The notes under the pieces: model-generated
Seen by the model: only the letters and a program-made list of their open reading frames with translations
Databases searched by the model: none
Told to the model about the DNA's origin: nothing
Shown here: one piece after another, positions 9,386-20,187 of the stretch
Layout of the letters: each line of letters starts with the position of its first letter
How positions within the stretch are numbered: position 1 is the stretch's first letter
Made by a program: the position numbers and the translations under genes
From: Puniceicoccaceae bacterium
GTDB taxonomy: Bacteria > Verrucomicrobiota > Verrucomicrobiia > Opitutales > Oceanipulchritudinaceae
DNA: 64,000 nucleotides
Assembly (NCBI GenBank): GCA_040830765.1
Contig: JBFOMH010000003.1
Coordinates: forward strand, 1-64,000
Direction: 5' to 3'

Positions 9386-11536
9386 CTAATGGTTTTCACG
9401 CATTTGACGAGCCTCCAATCGGGCGGCCCGGAAGTCCCTGTCAACATCATCGAGGAACATTCCCCATGAAAATGGCCCTCCGCCAAAAAAGGGGATAAAT
9501 TCATGATTGTGGACCCTGATTTCCCTTGCCAGCATCGCCCACAGCTGGCCGGCGTCACGAAGCTGGGTGGCCGCACGGTCACCAAACTCTGGTTTTCCTG
9601 AGCTACGCATGCGCTGCAGGTCGACGCAGCCCCGGATCTGGCCTGCGCTGAAACGGCCATACCAGGCCCAGCATTCCAGATCCTTCAATTCAACCTGCAA
9701 TCCGGGGGGAAGGTCTTCGAGACGCCGGAACTGGTCAACAAGACGGAGCACCTCGAGGGCGTCCTTTTCAAAAGCTTCCGCACAGGCCAGCGGCGACTTA
9801 TCCAACAATTCCTCCGGTTCGCCGCTCTCCACCCACTCGCGAATATTGATATAGCGGTCCGTGTCGAGGACTGGCCGGTCGAGCATCTGTTCAACACCAA
9901 GAAAAACCGGTCCGCCCATTTGCTCCCACCGGCAGTGCCCCTCCGAGTAAAGGGTTGCATCATGGGTTCCCTTGTAGAAGGAAGCGAATCGCAGTGGCAT
10001 TTTGCTGGCCGTTTTCCATGCCTGCAGAAGCAGGTCCCCGTCGATCCCGGCAAAGCGATCCTCCATGGCAATCGCAAACCAGTCATCCGGCGTCTCCGGA
10101 TCGTAGAGCAGACGTCCCCAGACCAAGTAGTAAAGCCATTGTCGCTCAAATGCGTATTTCCCCATCGCATGCTCACCGGGCCGGCTGATATAATCCGCCG
10201 CTGGTATATAGGTCTCCGAGCCAAGGATATAACCTCCCGTGTGGCTGCGGAATGACTCCCGGAGGTGAGCCCGGACATAGTCCGGATCCCCCCAACGCAG
10301 CACATGAAAGTCCTCGTTACGGATGGTCCAGAGAATGGTGTGCTTTTCCGGTTCTGGATTCCAGTAGGCATCGGTCAGTTCACCACCATGGACATGAAAG
10401 AGCTTGGGCGAAGAGTGGCCATGCGACCAGTTGTATTTAAAGGATACATACACCGGGAACCGAACGCCCTCGAGGAACTCGATCTGTTCGCGGGTGGCCC
10501 GGTCGTTTGCCGCGGAAGTTGAGCCACCTGAGCCCCGGTTGGCGGAAAGAGGTGCTCGATAGAGAAACTTGATGGAACGTTCCGCCTCTCGAAGTCCTTG
10601 AAGAAATGTCCGATCGAGCCAGTCGCGACGCTGATCCGGGCTCATTCCTCCCATCCGTTCACCTAACGTGATGCCCAGGCCGGTCAGATTCGGGTAAGTG
10701 TTGATGACCTCAGTGACCATTTCCCGTGTGTAATCCACAACCAGTTCACTGTCGGTGCCCTCTCCAAGATAACTCTCGAACTCACTCCAGTTGGCTACCT
10801 CATGCGCCCTTGCCAAACCAGGAGGAACGAAGATGTTCCAATTGACCAGAAAGGTCTCGATGCCGCGTTCCTCTGCCAAGGAAAACAAACGCTGCCAAAG
10901 TTGTTGCCACTGGGCCAATTCAGAATCCGGAAGGATATTCGCTTCCGGATAGGAAGGGGATTTTACCATGAGGTGAAACGGATGCAGGCTCCACAGGGTC
11001 AGGGTGTTGAACCGGTTGTCGACCATCATGTCGAGGAAGGTTTCCCAGAAAGCGGGATCGCGACACGTTGCATCGTGCAGGAGGAGATGGTCGCCGGGTC
11101 GGTAAGGCATCCAGGGTAAGTTGAATTTGATCGCCCTGACTCTCACTGGTGGTCGGAAAATTCTCTCCTGCAAGGCCGCCTCAAGGCCCCCGGTTTGCCA
11201 CCTCTCGGCGAGGTCCAGCAATCCATAAAGGATGCCCTTGGGGTCAGTCCCTTCGAGAACGTGACGCCGGCCGGATGCACGGAGCCGGTAACCTTCCTCA
11301 CCCAACTCCAGGCTGAAACGCGTATCGATGCTGATGGTTACCTGATGCCGCCTGTCTTCATCACCGGTTGACTGTAGTTCAAAGATTCCGGGATAGCGCT
11401 CAAGGGCATAGCGAATCGCTGGATGGTCCGCCACTTCAGGGAGAGTGACGCGTATCGGGACCGTCGAATCCAGAGAGCCATGGAGAAGGGGGCAAGCGAC
11501 CAGCAGCGCGAAAAAGGATAAACGGGGTACAGGCAT
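9386..11536 (-). CDS. Secreted glycoside-hydrolase-like protein, paralog of 1906..4515
   Basis: Likely start MPVPRLSFFALL (signal peptide); shares KFN.P, HPF, WNIF, SFKY, WT.RN.D, GY.LGS motifs with 1906..4515. Confidence 0.6.
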   Translation of the reverse strand: MPVPRLSFFALLVACPLLHGSLDSTVPIRVTLPEVADHPAIRYALERYPGIFELQSTGDEDRRHQVTISIDTRFSLELGEEGYRLRASGRRHVLEGTDPKGILYGLLDLAERWQTGGLEAALQERIFRPPVRVRAIKFNLPWMPYRPGDHLLLHDATCRDPAFWETFLDMMVDNRFNTLTLWSLHPFHLMVKSPSYPEANILPDSELAQWQQLWQRLFSLAEERGIETFLVNWNIFVPPGLARAHEVANWSEFESYLGEGTDSELVVDYTREMVTEVINTYPNLTGLGITLGERMGGMSPDQRRDWLDRTFLQGLREAERSIKFLYRAPLSANRGSGGSTSAANDRATREQIEFLEGVRFPVYVSFKYNWSHGHSSPKLFHVHGGELTDAYWNPEPEKHTILWTIRNEDFHVLRWGDPDYVRAHLRESFRSHTGGYILGSETYIPAADYISRPGEHAMGKYAFERQWLYYLVWGRLLYDPETPDDWFAIAMEDRFAGIDGDLLLQAWKTASKMPLRFASFYKGTHDATLYSEGHCRWEQMGGPVFLGVEQMLDRPVLDTDRYINIREWVESGEPEELLDKSPLACAEAFEKDALEVLRLVDQFRRLEDLPPGLQVELKDLECWAWYGRFSAGQIRGCVDLQRMRSSGKPEFGDRAATQLRDAGQLWAMLAREIRVHNHEFIPFFGGGPFSWGMFLDDVDRDFRAARLEARQMRENH

Positions 11537-11666
11537 AGGAATTTGGATAAGGTGTCCTGGGAAAAGGCTCAAGAAGAACAGACTAAAGTGCCAACCCATG
11601 GGTGCCCTACAATTAGGAGTTACCTGCTGGGGTGAAATTCACATGATTCACTATCTGAGAAAGGCC

Positions 11667-13487
11667 TTACATCATCTCAGCGGCAAGGACATGGAGGCGT
11701 CCGGGCTGCTCCAGTTCGAACACCACCGTTATAAAGTCCGCCGACACTGAATCATCCAACGGGATGACGACCTCATGCTGCTGCAGGTCAGGGACAACTG
11801 ATGCCGGGGTCCCGAAAAGCGGGGCAGCTCCCCAGCCGGCAACAGCACTGACAGCACAGTTCGTACTGACCTGGAGGCGCAGGCGGGTACCGTGGGGTCC
11901 CTCAGTCGGTGGAGAATACCGCAAGGTCACACTTTCCCCCGGGGACGTAACATTCAGGCGAGGAGAGTCGGAAGCCCCCGTAAAAAAGCCTCCCGAGACG
12001 ATTCGCCATCCGTTGACCGCAAGATTCGGGTCGTACCTGGGGTTCTGCTTGGGAACGAGCACCCCGTCTGTCCGGAGTCGCTCCTCAAGAAAAGCACTCA
12101 AGCGGGAAACAACCGCGGGATGCTCCGTGGCGAGGTCGACTGTTTCCCCGGGATCCGTCACCAGGTTGTAGAGTTCATAGGTATCTTCAAAGTCGGGCCC
12201 GGCGTGAAAAAAGCGGAAGAGCTTCCATTGGCCGTCACGGGCCCAGACATTGGAAATGTTCCCTGTGGCGAGGACCGTATGGCCAAACATACTGTAGATC
12301 GGGGGCCGCTCGAGGGTGCTCCCATCAAGGGACTCCATCAGGCTGACACCGTCGAGGAGGGCATCTTCAGGAGCCTCGAGGCCAACCATTTCGAGAAGGG
12401 TCGGATAAAAGTCGTAACTAACGGCGATTGTCTCACTGACAGTTTTTTCCGCCGCTTGCCCCGGCCATGAGACGATAAGGGGGACACGTGAACCGCCCTC
12501 ATGGTTGTTCCCCTTCCCCGCTCGCAGGGGATGGTTACTGGTTGGATTAACCCCTTCCGGGCGATTGTACATGTTGCCACCATTGTCGGACGTGAAGATG
12601 ACAATCGTGTCCTCGCGCAGACCGAGTTCATCGAGCACCGCCATGACCTTGCCAACATTGTCATCCAGGGTCTCCATCATGGCCCCCATGATGGCCGACT
12701 TCTGATGCACGGTCTTTTCCGTCAAGGGACGATACTTCTCGACCAGCTCCTCCTTGCCGACGAAGGGGGCGTGGACATCAAAGAACCACAAGGCGAGAAA
12801 GAAAGGCTCATCACGGCTTTCCCGGATAAAGCGGACCGCCTCGTCGCCAATGACATCATCCGCGTGCAGCGGCCCCTCGACCAGTGGCATGTTGGTCACT
12901 TCAGGATCCCAGGGACCGAAAAACCCGGGCGGCGGCGGTCCGGGAAAGCCGCGTCCCCCGACAACAACATCAAATCCGAAGTTTTCCGGAATGTAAGGAT
13001 CGAAACCAAGGTGCCACTTTCCCATGAATCCGGTCCGGTATCCTCCGGCCTTGAGGATTCTGGCAATACTCTGCGAGTCGAGCGGGAGACGGGTCCGCGT
13101 CTGCGGATTGGTCATTGGCAGGCCGACCGCACCAGTCTCCGGAACGACGGGATCCAGCACCACCTCAGGCAGGTGCCCGGCCGGCACGGTCAACCTCAGC
13201 CGCCCCGGCGTCTGACCGGTCAGGATACTGGCCCGCGTCGGGGAACACAGCGGGCTCGCCGAGTAGGCATTGGAGAACCGGACACCCCTTTCCGCGAGGG
13301 CATCCAGATGTGGTGTCTGGTGAAGCTCGCTGCCATAGCAACCAAGGTCCCGCCAGCCAACATCATCCCCCATCATGAAGATGATATTGGGTTGCCGGTC
13401 TGCCGAATGCAGGACGGGCGCAGCCAGGAGCAGGATTAAAAAGAGGGCCCGGAGGCACGCGGAGGAGGATGTTGTTGGATAAGCCAT
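11667..13487 (-). CDS. Formylglycine-dependent sulfatase with C-terminal extension
   Basis: PNIIFMMGDD, CSPTRASILTG (CxPxR), GKWHLG, SDNG. Confidence 0.95.
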   Translation of the reverse strand: MAYPTTSSSACLRALFLILLLAAPVLHSADRQPNIIFMMGDDVGWRDLGCYGSELHQTPHLDALAERGVRFSNAYSASPLCSPTRASILTGQTPGRLRLTVPAGHLPEVVLDPVVPETGAVGLPMTNPQTRTRLPLDSQSIARILKAGGYRTGFMGKWHLGFDPYIPENFGFDVVVGGRGFPGPPPPGFFGPWDPEVTNMPLVEGPLHADDVIGDEAVRFIRESRDEPFFLALWFFDVHAPFVGKEELVEKYRPLTEKTVHQKSAIMGAMMETLDDNVGKVMAVLDELGLREDTIVIFTSDNGGNMYNRPEGVNPTSNHPLRAGKGNNHEGGSRVPLIVSWPGQAAEKTVSETIAVSYDFYPTLLEMVGLEAPEDALLDGVSLMESLDGSTLERPPIYSMFGHTVLATGNISNVWARDGQWKLFRFFHAGPDFEDTYELYNLVTDPGETVDLATEHPAVVSRLSAFLEERLRTDGVLVPKQNPRYDPNLAVNGWRIVSGGFFTGASDSPRLNVTSPGESVTLRYSPPTEGPHGTRLRLQVSTNCAVSAVAGWGAAPLFGTPASVVPDLQQHEVVIPLDDSVSADFITVVFELEQPGRLHVLAAEMM

Positions 13488-13517
13488 TATGTGAAATTCA
13501 ATTGAGACAGTGGCATG

Positions 13518-15185
13518 TCATTTGCCTGCAGTTGATGCTGGCAAGGGAAAGGTGTCTTTCAGGCGCAAAGGCATCGCCGCAGGAACGTACCCCACTCCTG
13601 AGCCCCTGTCTCCCTGAGGTTCGTAGTGCGGGGAAGGAATTGTCGATTCAGGCACATATGCCTGGCCATTGTTGAATTGCAGCCACCAGTTGTCCCATTC
13701 GGCAGCCAGGGCTTTGAGGACTTCGGGATGGGAATGGGCAAGGTCGGTCACCTGCGTCCGATCATCGGCGAGGTAGTACAACTCCCAGCCATTGGCATCA
13801 ACTTCGGCAAGGCGCCAGTCGTTTGTGCGCAGGCCCCGGTTGTCCATGAATTGAAAATACAAGCTCCGGTCATTGTCCCAGTCTTTGTCCATGAGCAGCG
13901 GAACGAGGCTTCGTCCGGCCAGGCCGGATCCAGTTTCAACGGGCTTTGCATCCCTGGCACCCAACTCGACCAGGGTCGGCATGATGTCGATCATGTGGAC
14001 GGCATCATGGGAGATTTGACCCGCTTGAATGACGGCTGGCCACCAGGCAATTGCCCCGGTGCAGACACCCCCTTCATGCTGGCTGATCTTGTAGAGGCGC
14101 ATCGGCGTGTTATTGGCATAGGCCCAACCGCGGCCCGGCTGGTAATTGCTCCCACGGTCGCCGGGCAGAAGATCCCGGGCAATCATTTCCTCATCCAATA
14201 CGGAAAAGGAATCCGAACCATTGTCGCTCATGAAAAGTATCAGGGTGTTCTCCAAATCGCCGGTCTTTTCAAGGCAGGCCAACAACCTTCCGATGTCCTG
14301 GTCCATGATGTCGATCATGGCCGCATAGGTGGCCATCCTCAGGTCCTCAAGGTCCTTTTGCGCAGAAGACAGCGTATTCCAGTCGGGGAGGTTTTGCGGA
14401 TAAGGCGGAAGTTCGATTGCATCACCCATGATCCCCATGGCTTTCTGGCGGGCAAACCGTGCTTCCCGGATCGCCTGCCAGCCATCCAGATACTTCCCGC
14501 GGTACTTCCGGATGGCCTCCCTGGGGGCCTGCAGGGGATTGTGCGGCGCAGTGTAAGCAAGGTACAGAAAGAAGGGCTCGTCCCCGGAAAGGTCATTGTT
14601 TTCCCGGATGAAGCCAATGGCCGCATCCGTAAAGGCCGTGGTGGCATAAAATCCGGAATCAACCTCGCCCAGCGCTTCAAAGCCATCACGGAAATGGTCA
14701 TTGGGGACATAATAATCCGTGACCCCGTTCAGGATGCCGTAGAACCGGTCAAATCCCCGCTCCATTGGATGCCCTTCAAGATGCCACTTGCCCACGGCGT
14801 AGTTCCGGTATCCGGACTCCGCGAGCGCTTCAGGCAAGGTCTTACCGTCTTTGATTCCCCAACCGGCATCGGTGTGCCAGCGCCCGCTCAACAGCGACGT
14901 CCTTGAGGCGACACACATTCCTGCGTTGTAGAAGCTGGTCAACCGCAAGCCTCCCTCGCCGAGCCTGTCGAGGTTGGGGGTTGCGATCTCCCCACCAAAA
15001 CAACCGGCATCGGAGTAACCCATGTCATCGGCGACAATCAGGATGATGTTTGGTCGGGGCCCGGAGACAGTATCACCCTTGGCTGAAACCATCCCAGCAA
15101 CCGCGTTGCAGGTGGTGACAAAGGCGAAGATGAACAGGATGCAGATCTGCCGCCCTGCAGCAGATCCGGAATGGGCTCTATTCAT
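13518..15185 (-). CDS. Arylsulfatase-type sulfatase
   Basis: PNIILIVADDMGYSD, CVASRTSLLSG, GKWHL, YTAPH, SDNG; start placed at MNRAHS. Confidence 0.93.
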   Translation of the reverse strand: MNRAHSGSAAGRQICILFIFAFVTTCNAVAGMVSAKGDTVSGPRPNIILIVADDMGYSDAGCFGGEIATPNLDRLGEGGLRLTSFYNAGMCVASRTSLLSGRWHTDAGWGIKDGKTLPEALAESGYRNYAVGKWHLEGHPMERGFDRFYGILNGVTDYYVPNDHFRDGFEALGEVDSGFYATTAFTDAAIGFIRENNDLSGDEPFFLYLAYTAPHNPLQAPREAIRKYRGKYLDGWQAIREARFARQKAMGIMGDAIELPPYPQNLPDWNTLSSAQKDLEDLRMATYAAMIDIMDQDIGRLLACLEKTGDLENTLILFMSDNGSDSFSVLDEEMIARDLLPGDRGSNYQPGRGWAYANNTPMRLYKISQHEGGVCTGAIAWWPAVIQAGQISHDAVHMIDIMPTLVELGARDAKPVETGSGLAGRSLVPLLMDKDWDNDRSLYFQFMDNRGLRTNDWRLAEVDANGWELYYLADDRTQVTDLAHSHPEVLKALAAEWDNWWLQFNNGQAYVPESTIPSPHYEPQGDRGSGVGYVPAAMPLRLKDTFPLPASTAGK

Positions 15186-15383
15186 GAAGTGAATCAGGTG
15201 GATGGGTGGGGAAAGGTAAATGGGATGGCCCGAAAGCATCCCTCTTGTCGTCGATCACTGGTCTTACACATGGGCATTTCCCAGGCAATGGATCCGTTTT
15301 CAGAATATTATGATTACGCAGCAGACCCGGAAATCGATATGAGGATTGCCATGGATACCAGCCCTGCCTAGGCAAACAGTCTC

Positions 15384-16856
15384 GTGTCAGCCCCAGCCCC
15401 AGTTTCTCCCGAGTCAGGCAATGTGCCCGACAAAGTCATCCCGGTTGATGAACACGTCCCCCTGAAGACGAAGATGCTCTGGGGCGCGGGGGGCCTCGCG
15501 GACAATTTCATGTTCAACACCCTCGTTACGCTGGGCCTGTTGGTCTATGTGGACTTCTACCGGATGGACGCCGTCCTCGCGGGTGTTGCCCTTTTTCTTC
15601 CCCGATTTGTTGATGCCATAACAGATCCCTGGATCGGAAACCTGTCCGACAACACCCACAGCCGCTGGGGCCGACGAAGGCCCTATATCCTTGGCGGGGT
15701 TATTGTCTCCGCCATCCTCCTGCCCTTGCTCTGGACGCCTCCCCTGCTCGAATCGGTGCAGAATGTCTGGTGGCAGAACGCGCCTTTTTTCTATCTCTGC
15801 CTGGTCGGCAGTGCATTGGCCATATCCTACACCTGCTTCGTTGTTCCCTACACCGCACTTGGCTGGGAATTAACCCCCAATTATGATGAGCGGACCCGGG
15901 TCATCTCCTGGCGCATGTACATCGGCCTTTTCGGTAGCCTGACCGTCAGCTGGCTCTACCGGGCTACCCAATTGGACTGGTTTGATAACATTGGCTCGGG
16001 TGCGGTCTGGGTTAGTGTGATCCTTGCCTGGATCGTCCTGGTTACTGGATTGATGCCATTTTTCGGCTGCCGGGAGACCGGAGTCGAACAAAGCCAGGCA
16101 AAAATCAAATTGGTCGAAGCGGTTCGTTATACCCTTACCAACCGGGCCTTCCTCATCCTCTTTGTCGCTTACATCATCATTATCATTTCCCTTTTCTCGG
16201 CCAGCGGGGTCATGCCTTTCCTTTTCATCTACTATGTCTTTGGTGGAGACAAGGTGATGACCGGCAACTATACCGGAATGCTGGGGACGCTGGCTGTCGT
16301 CATGTCCTACCTGAGCATGTTCCTCCTCGCCTACATCTCCACCCGGAGCAGCAAGCGAATCGCCATGCTGACCGGGCTCGGGCTTGCCCTCGCGGGGACC
16401 CTGGCCAACTGGTGGGCCATCCATCCGGACCGGCCATGGGCCCTCTTTGTCGCGGCGGCCATTGCCTTCCTTGGATTGCAGGGTTGCTGGCTCATGGTCG
16501 ACTCCATGGTCGGTGATATCTGTGATGATGACGAACTGGCCTCCGGCCGGAGAAGGGAAGGCATGTTCAGTGCCGTCAAGGGATTCGCGCTCAAGCTGGC
16601 CCAAGCCCTGACCTCCCTGATTGGCGCCGGGCTCCTGGCCCTGTCCGGCTACGACCCGGATATCGCCAATACCACGGGTATCTCCATTGACACCGCCCTG
16701 CGCATGAAGGCCCTGGTCATCGGCTTTCAGTCGTTCGGGCTGCTAATTGCTATCGGTGTGATGGTTTACTACCCCATCACGCGCGCCCGGGCCAACGCGA
16801 CCCGGAAAGCCCTCGAGAAAAAACGGGGCAAGTTGAAGATGGTTGAATCCGTCTAA
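15384..16856 (+). CDS. GPH-family (MelB-like) MFS sugar transporter
   Basis: DAITDPWIGNLSDNTHSRWGRRRPY, PYTALG.EL..YDERT, RREGMF; many TM segments. Confidence 0.9.
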   Translation: MSAPAPVSPESGNVPDKVIPVDEHVPLKTKMLWGAGGLADNFMFNTLVTLGLLVYVDFYRMDAVLAGVALFLPRFVDAITDPWIGNLSDNTHSRWGRRRPYILGGVIVSAILLPLLWTPPLLESVQNVWWQNAPFFYLCLVGSALAISYTCFVVPYTALGWELTPNYDERTRVISWRMYIGLFGSLTVSWLYRATQLDWFDNIGSGAVWVSVILAWIVLVTGLMPFFGCRETGVEQSQAKIKLVEAVRYTLTNRAFLILFVAYIIIIISLFSASGVMPFLFIYYVFGGDKVMTGNYTGMLGTLAVVMSYLSMFLLAYISTRSSKRIAMLTGLGLALAGTLANWWAIHPDRPWALFVAAAIAFLGLQGCWLMVDSMVGDICDDDELASGRRREGMFSAVKGFALKLAQALTSLIGAGLLALSGYDPDIANTTGISIDTALRMKALVIGFQSFGLLIAIGVMVYYPITRARANATRKALEKKRGKLKMVESV

Positions 16857-16950
16857 AGGTCCTCGGTGGCCGGATCCGATGACCTTCCAGTTTCCCTTTG
16901 CCAACGCCCGATTGCCGCTTTATCTTGAAGGTTCTCAATCCACATCTGTC

Positions 16951-17343
16951 ATGAGTTATTACTTCACAACTGAACTGCGCTGCACCTTCGAGGAAGCCAT
17001 CGAAAAGGCCGAGGAGAAACTGAAGGAGAACGGATTCGGGATCCTGTCCGAAATTAACGTCCATGAGAAACTGAAGGAGAAGCTGGATGTCGACTTTCGG
17101 CGATACCGGATCCTCGGGGCCTGCAGTCCCCGGCACGCTTACCGCGCCCTGACCGAGGAAAACAAGATCGGAACCATGCTCCCCTGTAACGTCATCGTCC
17201 AGGAGCACAGCGCTGACCGGATCGAGGTCTCCGCCATCGACCCCATTGCCTCCATGCAGGCCGTCCAGAATCCCAACCTGGCCGATGTTGCCGTCGAAGT
17301 TCAGGCGATGCTGCGCAAGACCATTCGTGAGATCGGAGGCTGA
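16951..17343 (+). CDS. DUF302 domain protein
   Basis: GFGILSEINV, YRILGACSP, MLPCNVIV. Confidence 0.85.
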   Translation: MSYYFTTELRCTFEEAIEKAEEKLKENGFGILSEINVHEKLKEKLDVDFRRYRILGACSPRHAYRALTEENKIGTMLPCNVIVQEHSADRIEVSAIDPIASMQAVQNPNLADVAVEVQAMLRKTIREIGG

Positions 17344-17456
17344 CTTGGCAGCAGCCGTCAGGCCCCATCGGGACCAGCAGTCAATCCGCAGCCAGGGCCC
17401 TTCCTTTTCGCTGGAAGTTTGGCCACTGGTGGATTTAATGTTTTTAGAACCTAACC

Positions 17457-18008
17457 ATGAGCACAGAAGAAAGAACCATTCGCACAGCTGAATTCAACGA
17501 GCGGGTCTGCACCTACTGGTTGTTGAACGGCATCATCCTTTGTATCGTCACGATCGTGGGCATTCCCTTCCTATTGATTTGGGTACCGATCGGTCTGTAT
17601 CTGACCAAGCGCTTCCTCGACCGGATGGAATGCATCCTCACCGAAAAGAACCTCAAGGTCCACAAGGGCATCTTCACCCGGGTTGAGAAGACCATTCCCT
17701 TGGAGAAGATAACCGACCTCGGCCTCGTCCAGGGGCCCATCATGCGCTACTTTGACGTCCATCAACTGACGGTTGAGACGGCCGGCCAGTCGACCGGGGG
17801 ACCGCTGGTTTCCTTGACCGGCATCAAGGACGTGAAGGACTTTCGCGAAACGGTCCTTGCCCAGCGGGACAGCCTGCGCGAAGCCAAGCCAGCCGAGCAG
17901 CCGGCTCCAGCCCCGGCCTCGACCGCTGCGAACGACGGTGCCGTACTCGCCGAAATCCGTGACACGCTGAACAGGATCGAGGACCTGCTGGCCAAGCGTG
18001 ATAGTTGA
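17457..18008 (+). CDS. Bacterial PH-domain (bPH_2-like) membrane protein
   Basis: Two TM helices followed by KGIFTR..TIPLEKITD..QGPIMR..VETAG. Confidence 0.75.
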   Translation: MSTEERTIRTAEFNERVCTYWLLNGIILCIVTIVGIPFLLIWVPIGLYLTKRFLDRMECILTEKNLKVHKGIFTRVEKTIPLEKITDLGLVQGPIMRYFDVHQLTVETAGQSTGGPLVSLTGIKDVKDFRETVLAQRDSLREAKPAEQPAPAPASTAANDGAVLAEIRDTLNRIEDLLAKRDS

Positions 18009-19107
18009 CGGCCAGCACTTCCGGACCATCTGGCCGCATCCGGAGGATGAGCGCTCGATCCGGATCATCGACCAGCGCTTGCTTCCCCATGCCTTTGTCA
18101 TCGAGGACATCTGGAGTGTCGAGGCGATGGCCACTGCTATCCGGGACATGCATGTCCGCGGAGCCGGTTTGATTGGTGCCTCAGCCGGATACGGGATGTA
18201 CCTGGCTGCTATCGAGGCGCGAGGGAAACTCGACTTCATGGAGCACCTGACCGCAGCCGGGGAGCAATTGAAAGCCACCCGGCCGACAGCCGTCAACCTG
18301 GCCTGGGCGGTCGACCGGCAATTGCAGGCCATGGCTGGTGTCTCCACGGCACAGCAGGCAGTGGAAATCGCCCGGGAAACCGCGAAGGCAATCGCCGATG
18401 AGGACGCGGAGTATTGCCGCAATATCGGCCTCCATGGGCTTGAGCTGATAAAAGATATCAGCCAGCGAAAGAGGGGCCACCCGGTAAACATCCTTACGCA
18501 TTGCAATGCCGGATGGCTGGCCTTTGTCGATTACGGTTCCGCAACCGCTCCGATCTATGCCGCCCATGACGCTGGAATCCCCGTCCATGTCTGGGTCGAT
18601 GAAACCCGTCCCCGCAACCAGGGCGCCCAACTGACAGCATGGGAGCTCGGAAAGCATGGGGTCCCCCACACCGTCATCGTCGATAATGCCGGCGGCCACC
18701 TGATGCAGCATGGCCTGGTTGACATGGTTATAACGGGCACCGACCGGACCACCTTTACCGGCGACGTGGCGAACAAGATCGGCACCTACCTCAAGGCATT
18801 GGCAGCCAAGGATAGCGGCATTCCCTTTTATGTTGCACTGCCCTCCTCAACCTTTGATTGGGAAATGGAGGATGGCGTCGCGGAGATTCCCATTGAGCAG
18901 CGGGACGCCACCGAGGTGACCCATGTGCAGGGTGTTCTCGATGGCGAAACAAAACAGGTCCGGATTACCCCGGAACGCTCACCCGCAGCCAACTACGCCT
19001 TCGATGTCACCCCGGCCCGCCTGGTAACAGGCCTGATCACCGAACGCGGAGTCTGCCAGGCAAAGCGGGAGTCGGTGCTGGACCTGTTCCCGGAACAGAG
19101 GCGCTGA
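17998..19107 (+). CDS. mtnA: S-methyl-5-thioribose-1-phosphate isomerase
   Basis: IIDQRLLP, VRGAGLIG, RPTAVNL, LTHCNAG, DETRP, GDVANKIGTY, FDVTP. Confidence 0.95.
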   Translation: MIVDGQHFRTIWPHPEDERSIRIIDQRLLPHAFVIEDIWSVEAMATAIRDMHVRGAGLIGASAGYGMYLAAIEARGKLDFMEHLTAAGEQLKATRPTAVNLAWAVDRQLQAMAGVSTAQQAVEIARETAKAIADEDAEYCRNIGLHGLELIKDISQRKRGHPVNILTHCNAGWLAFVDYGSATAPIYAAHDAGIPVHVWVDETRPRNQGAQLTAWELGKHGVPHTVIVDNAGGHLMQHGLVDMVITGTDRTTFTGDVANKIGTYLKALAAKDSGIPFYVALPSSTFDWEMEDGVAEIPIEQRDATEVTHVQGVLDGETKQVRITPERSPAANYAFDVTPARLVTGLITERGVCQAKRESVLDLFPEQRR

Positions 19108-19113
19108 TGCGCG

Positions 19114-20148
19114 CTACTGGTTCTCCTTGTCGAAGGCAGCGTCGAACGCAACATTGCTGGGGCTGAAGTCGAGCCCGCGGGTAAAGGCGCAGGCCTCTGT
19201 TCCACCATGAACGCGGTCCATGCGGATGTCTTCCCACTCGATGGACAGCGGACCCGTGTAGGCAATGTCGTTCAGTGCCACGATGATGTCCTCAAAAGCG
19301 ATGTCACCCCGCCCCGGGGAACGGAAATCCCAGAAGCGCCGGGCGTCCCCAAAGTCGGTATGGCCGCCAAAGACCCCGACGTCGCCGTTGCCGTGGTCCC
19401 ACCAGGCATCCTTGACGTGCACGTGGAAAATGCGGTCGCTGAAGTCGCGAATGAACTTCACGTAGTCAACACCTTGATACCCAAGGTGGCTCGGGTCGTA
19501 GTTGAATCCAAAGCGCGAGTGGCCGTTGACCGCTTCCAAGGCTCGCTGTGAACTGGCGATATCAAAGGCAATCTCCGTCGGATGCACCTCAAGGGCGAAG
19601 TACACATCTTCCTCTTCGAAAACTTCCAGGACCGGCAGCCAGCGCTTGGCAAAGTCCGAGTAACCGGCCTCAATCTGGCCCGGCTGGACCGGCGGGAAGG
19701 AGTAGAGCAGGTGCCAGATTGACGAGCCTGTGAAGCCGTTGACAACAACCCGCTCAGGAGCCCCTCCGGGACGCGCATTGAAGAACTTGCGGGCCGCCCG
19801 GGCCGTATTCTTCATCTCCTCGGCGGCGCGTTGGCGCACACCTTCGGGATCCCCGTCGCCCCAGATGGCCTCCGAAAGGATTCCCTGGTGGCGCTCGTCG
19901 ATGTTGTCGCAGATCGCCTGGCCAACAAGGTGGGAGCTGATCGAAAGGCAGGTCAGCCCGTTCTTTTCCAGGAGGTCCCACTTGTCCTTGATGTAATCAG
20001 GCTCATTAAGGGCCTTGCCCACGTCAAAGTGGTCCCCCCAGCAGGCAAGTTCAACGCCATCGTAGCCCATCTCATTGACGAGGGGGGCCAGCTCGGCCAG
20101 TGAAAGATCAGCCCATTGGCCGGTGAAGAGTGTTACGGTTCGCGACAT
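19114..20148 (-). CDS. Sugar phosphate isomerase/epimerase (xylose isomerase-like TIM barrel)
   Basis: [42 protein letters not shown]. Confidence 0.9.
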   Translation of the reverse strand: MSRTVTLFTGQWADLSLAELAPLVNEMGYDGVELACWGDHFDVGKALNEPDYIKDKWDLLEKNGLTCLSISSHLVGQAICDNIDERHQGILSEAIWGDGDPEGVRQRAAEEMKNTARAARKFFNARPGGAPERVVVNGFTGSSIWHLLYSFPPVQPGQIEAGYSDFAKRWLPVLEVFEEEDVYFALEVHPTEIAFDIASSQRALEAVNGHSRFGFNYDPSHLGYQGVDYVKFIRDFSDRIFHVHVKDAWWDHGNGDVGVFGGHTDFGDARRFWDFRSPGRGDIAFEDIIVALNDIAYTGPLSIEWEDIRMDRVHGGTEACAFTRGLDFSPSNVAFDAAFDKENQ

Positions 20149-20187
20149 GTTTTGTTCCTTTCGATACTAGATAGGTTGCTGTTAAGA

